Shown here: positions 62,701 through 64,000 of the stretch, piece by piece
Numbering within the stretch: position 1 is the first letter of the stretch
How the letters are laid out: every line of letters begins with the position of its first letter
Origin: Perna viridis
Lineage: Eukaryota
DNA length: 64,000 bases
Reading direction: 5' to 3'
NCBI GenBank assembly: GCA_037379345.1
Contig: CM074515.1
Location: 30,879,801-30,943,800, forward strand
The notes under the pieces: generated by a model
What the model was told of the DNA's origin: nothing
Database searches by the model: none
What the model saw: the letters and a program-made list of their open reading frames with translations, nothing else
Program-made: the position numbers and the translations under genes

Positions 62701-64000
62701 TTCTTCGTTTTAATTTAAAATATGAGGTTAAAAGTTACGAAGCAATATAATAAAGAAGAAATTGTAAATATATGCAGGAAGAAAAATTACAAAATTACCG
62801 AACAGATAAACCCTAGGCAATAATGAAAAGGTAAGTCTGTATAACAAATGGCAATATCCGGGTAAAAACCGGAAGGTTTGAAATGAATCACCGCATTGGT
62901 CCGGGCTTGGTACACGCATTTGATGATAACAAGATTTTGTTGCACAACGCCCAGCAGTTGGATCTTTATAGGTCCAAAGTATTTAGAAATCGGTAGCTAA
63001 CATAAAAGCAAAGCGAGAAATTAACCTCCTTTGAAATACTATAAGCCACAATTACCTGTTATATTCGGAAACGAAATATTTCTTAAATACCCTTAATATA
63101 TAATATTGGACCTCGTAAGAACATTAATGTTATTTTACAACTCAGTTTGTCAACTGTTCTTTTTTCTCCTTTTACAATTAATAGAAACATTTAAACAGAT
63201 TTATGCTCCCACTCAATGTTAAAATTTATGGCCTCGTTGACTTCAGTACCAAGTGCGTAGTTGGTGATACTTTGGTGATTGCCTACAAGTAACATACTTG
63301 TTAAGCAGTGGATAAGTGTGAATGATTTTTATTGCCATTCTCCGCTGAACATAGCCCTATATAAATAACTACTTGTAGAAGTAACTAGAAAACACGCATT
63401 AGTATTTCGATGACGAATTAACATTCGTTGTACAGAGGGGTAGGGTTCAAGTTATATATATATATATATTACGGTATAATACAAGTATAACTTCGTACAG
63501 CGTAAAACTTATGTTATATTTTGCTTTGTAAATATCAAAACATTTGTTTACCAAATTAAGTTTGTCTGGTTGAGTTAGGTGTTTCTCTGGTTCTAAAAGA
63601 ACTTACAGGCAATGGCGGATACATTGGTTATCCCGAGACGCCCGTCCCCTTTATGCCAGGAAATTGTGATTGACAATAACGAAACTAACTGGAAATCACT
63701 AGAGCCATCCCCCTCCTGGTTTAGAAAGTTTTCCGGTCGTCATGTTCATATACCTAGTAGGTTGTTACAGATTTAGAAAGTATTTTTACAAACTTCGGCT
63801 TAGATGGGTTTACAGTTTATATGTACTTCGATTTAAACAGGGTTCAATGTTCAAAAACTCTTAAAGACTTTTATTAAAGGATTGAAGATAGAAGAAGGAC
63901 GAGTCTTAGAGATATGGGTAAAGCCGTGTTTAAACTTATGCAGTAGATGCAAAATTCTTAACACGGACTCCCTGAGATTTCAGAGATCAAAACGTTTAAT

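Overview
AT-rich eukaryotic DNA, most likely from a bivalve mollusc (mytilid-like repeat content). It is repeat-dense and gene-poor, with one 249-N gap at 12550-12798. (1) 1-16 kb is a retroelement nest. A 5'-truncated Penelope-like RT (RT is the last domain, Naiad-type) is followed by a near full-length decayed minus-strand LINE (~16010->4077). A two-LTR Ty3/Gypsy element (4709-12072; tRNA-Thr PBS, PPT) has inserted into that LINE. The Gypsy element carries a third reading frame not shown whole in the ORF track: it sits in the env position (10759-11421), is preceded by a splice acceptor, and reconstructs as an SGNH/GDSL-type hydrolase rather than an envelope protein. (2) 19.5-34.3 kb holds three intact serpin ORFs with uninterrupted coding bodies and strongly diverged reactive loops: a very basic hinge-less (non-inhibitory) serpin, an ERR|S serpin, and an SFR|S serpin with a ~90-aa Ser/Asn-rich tail. 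They are interspersed with satellites, tRNA-derived SINEs, a dead Mutator transposase and MITEs. (3) 35-64 kb is mostly MITEs, Penelope 3' ends and tandem repeats, with possible 5' exons of a plus-strand gene near 58-60.5 kb. Coordinates were read by eye, so the ends of decayed repeats are approximate.
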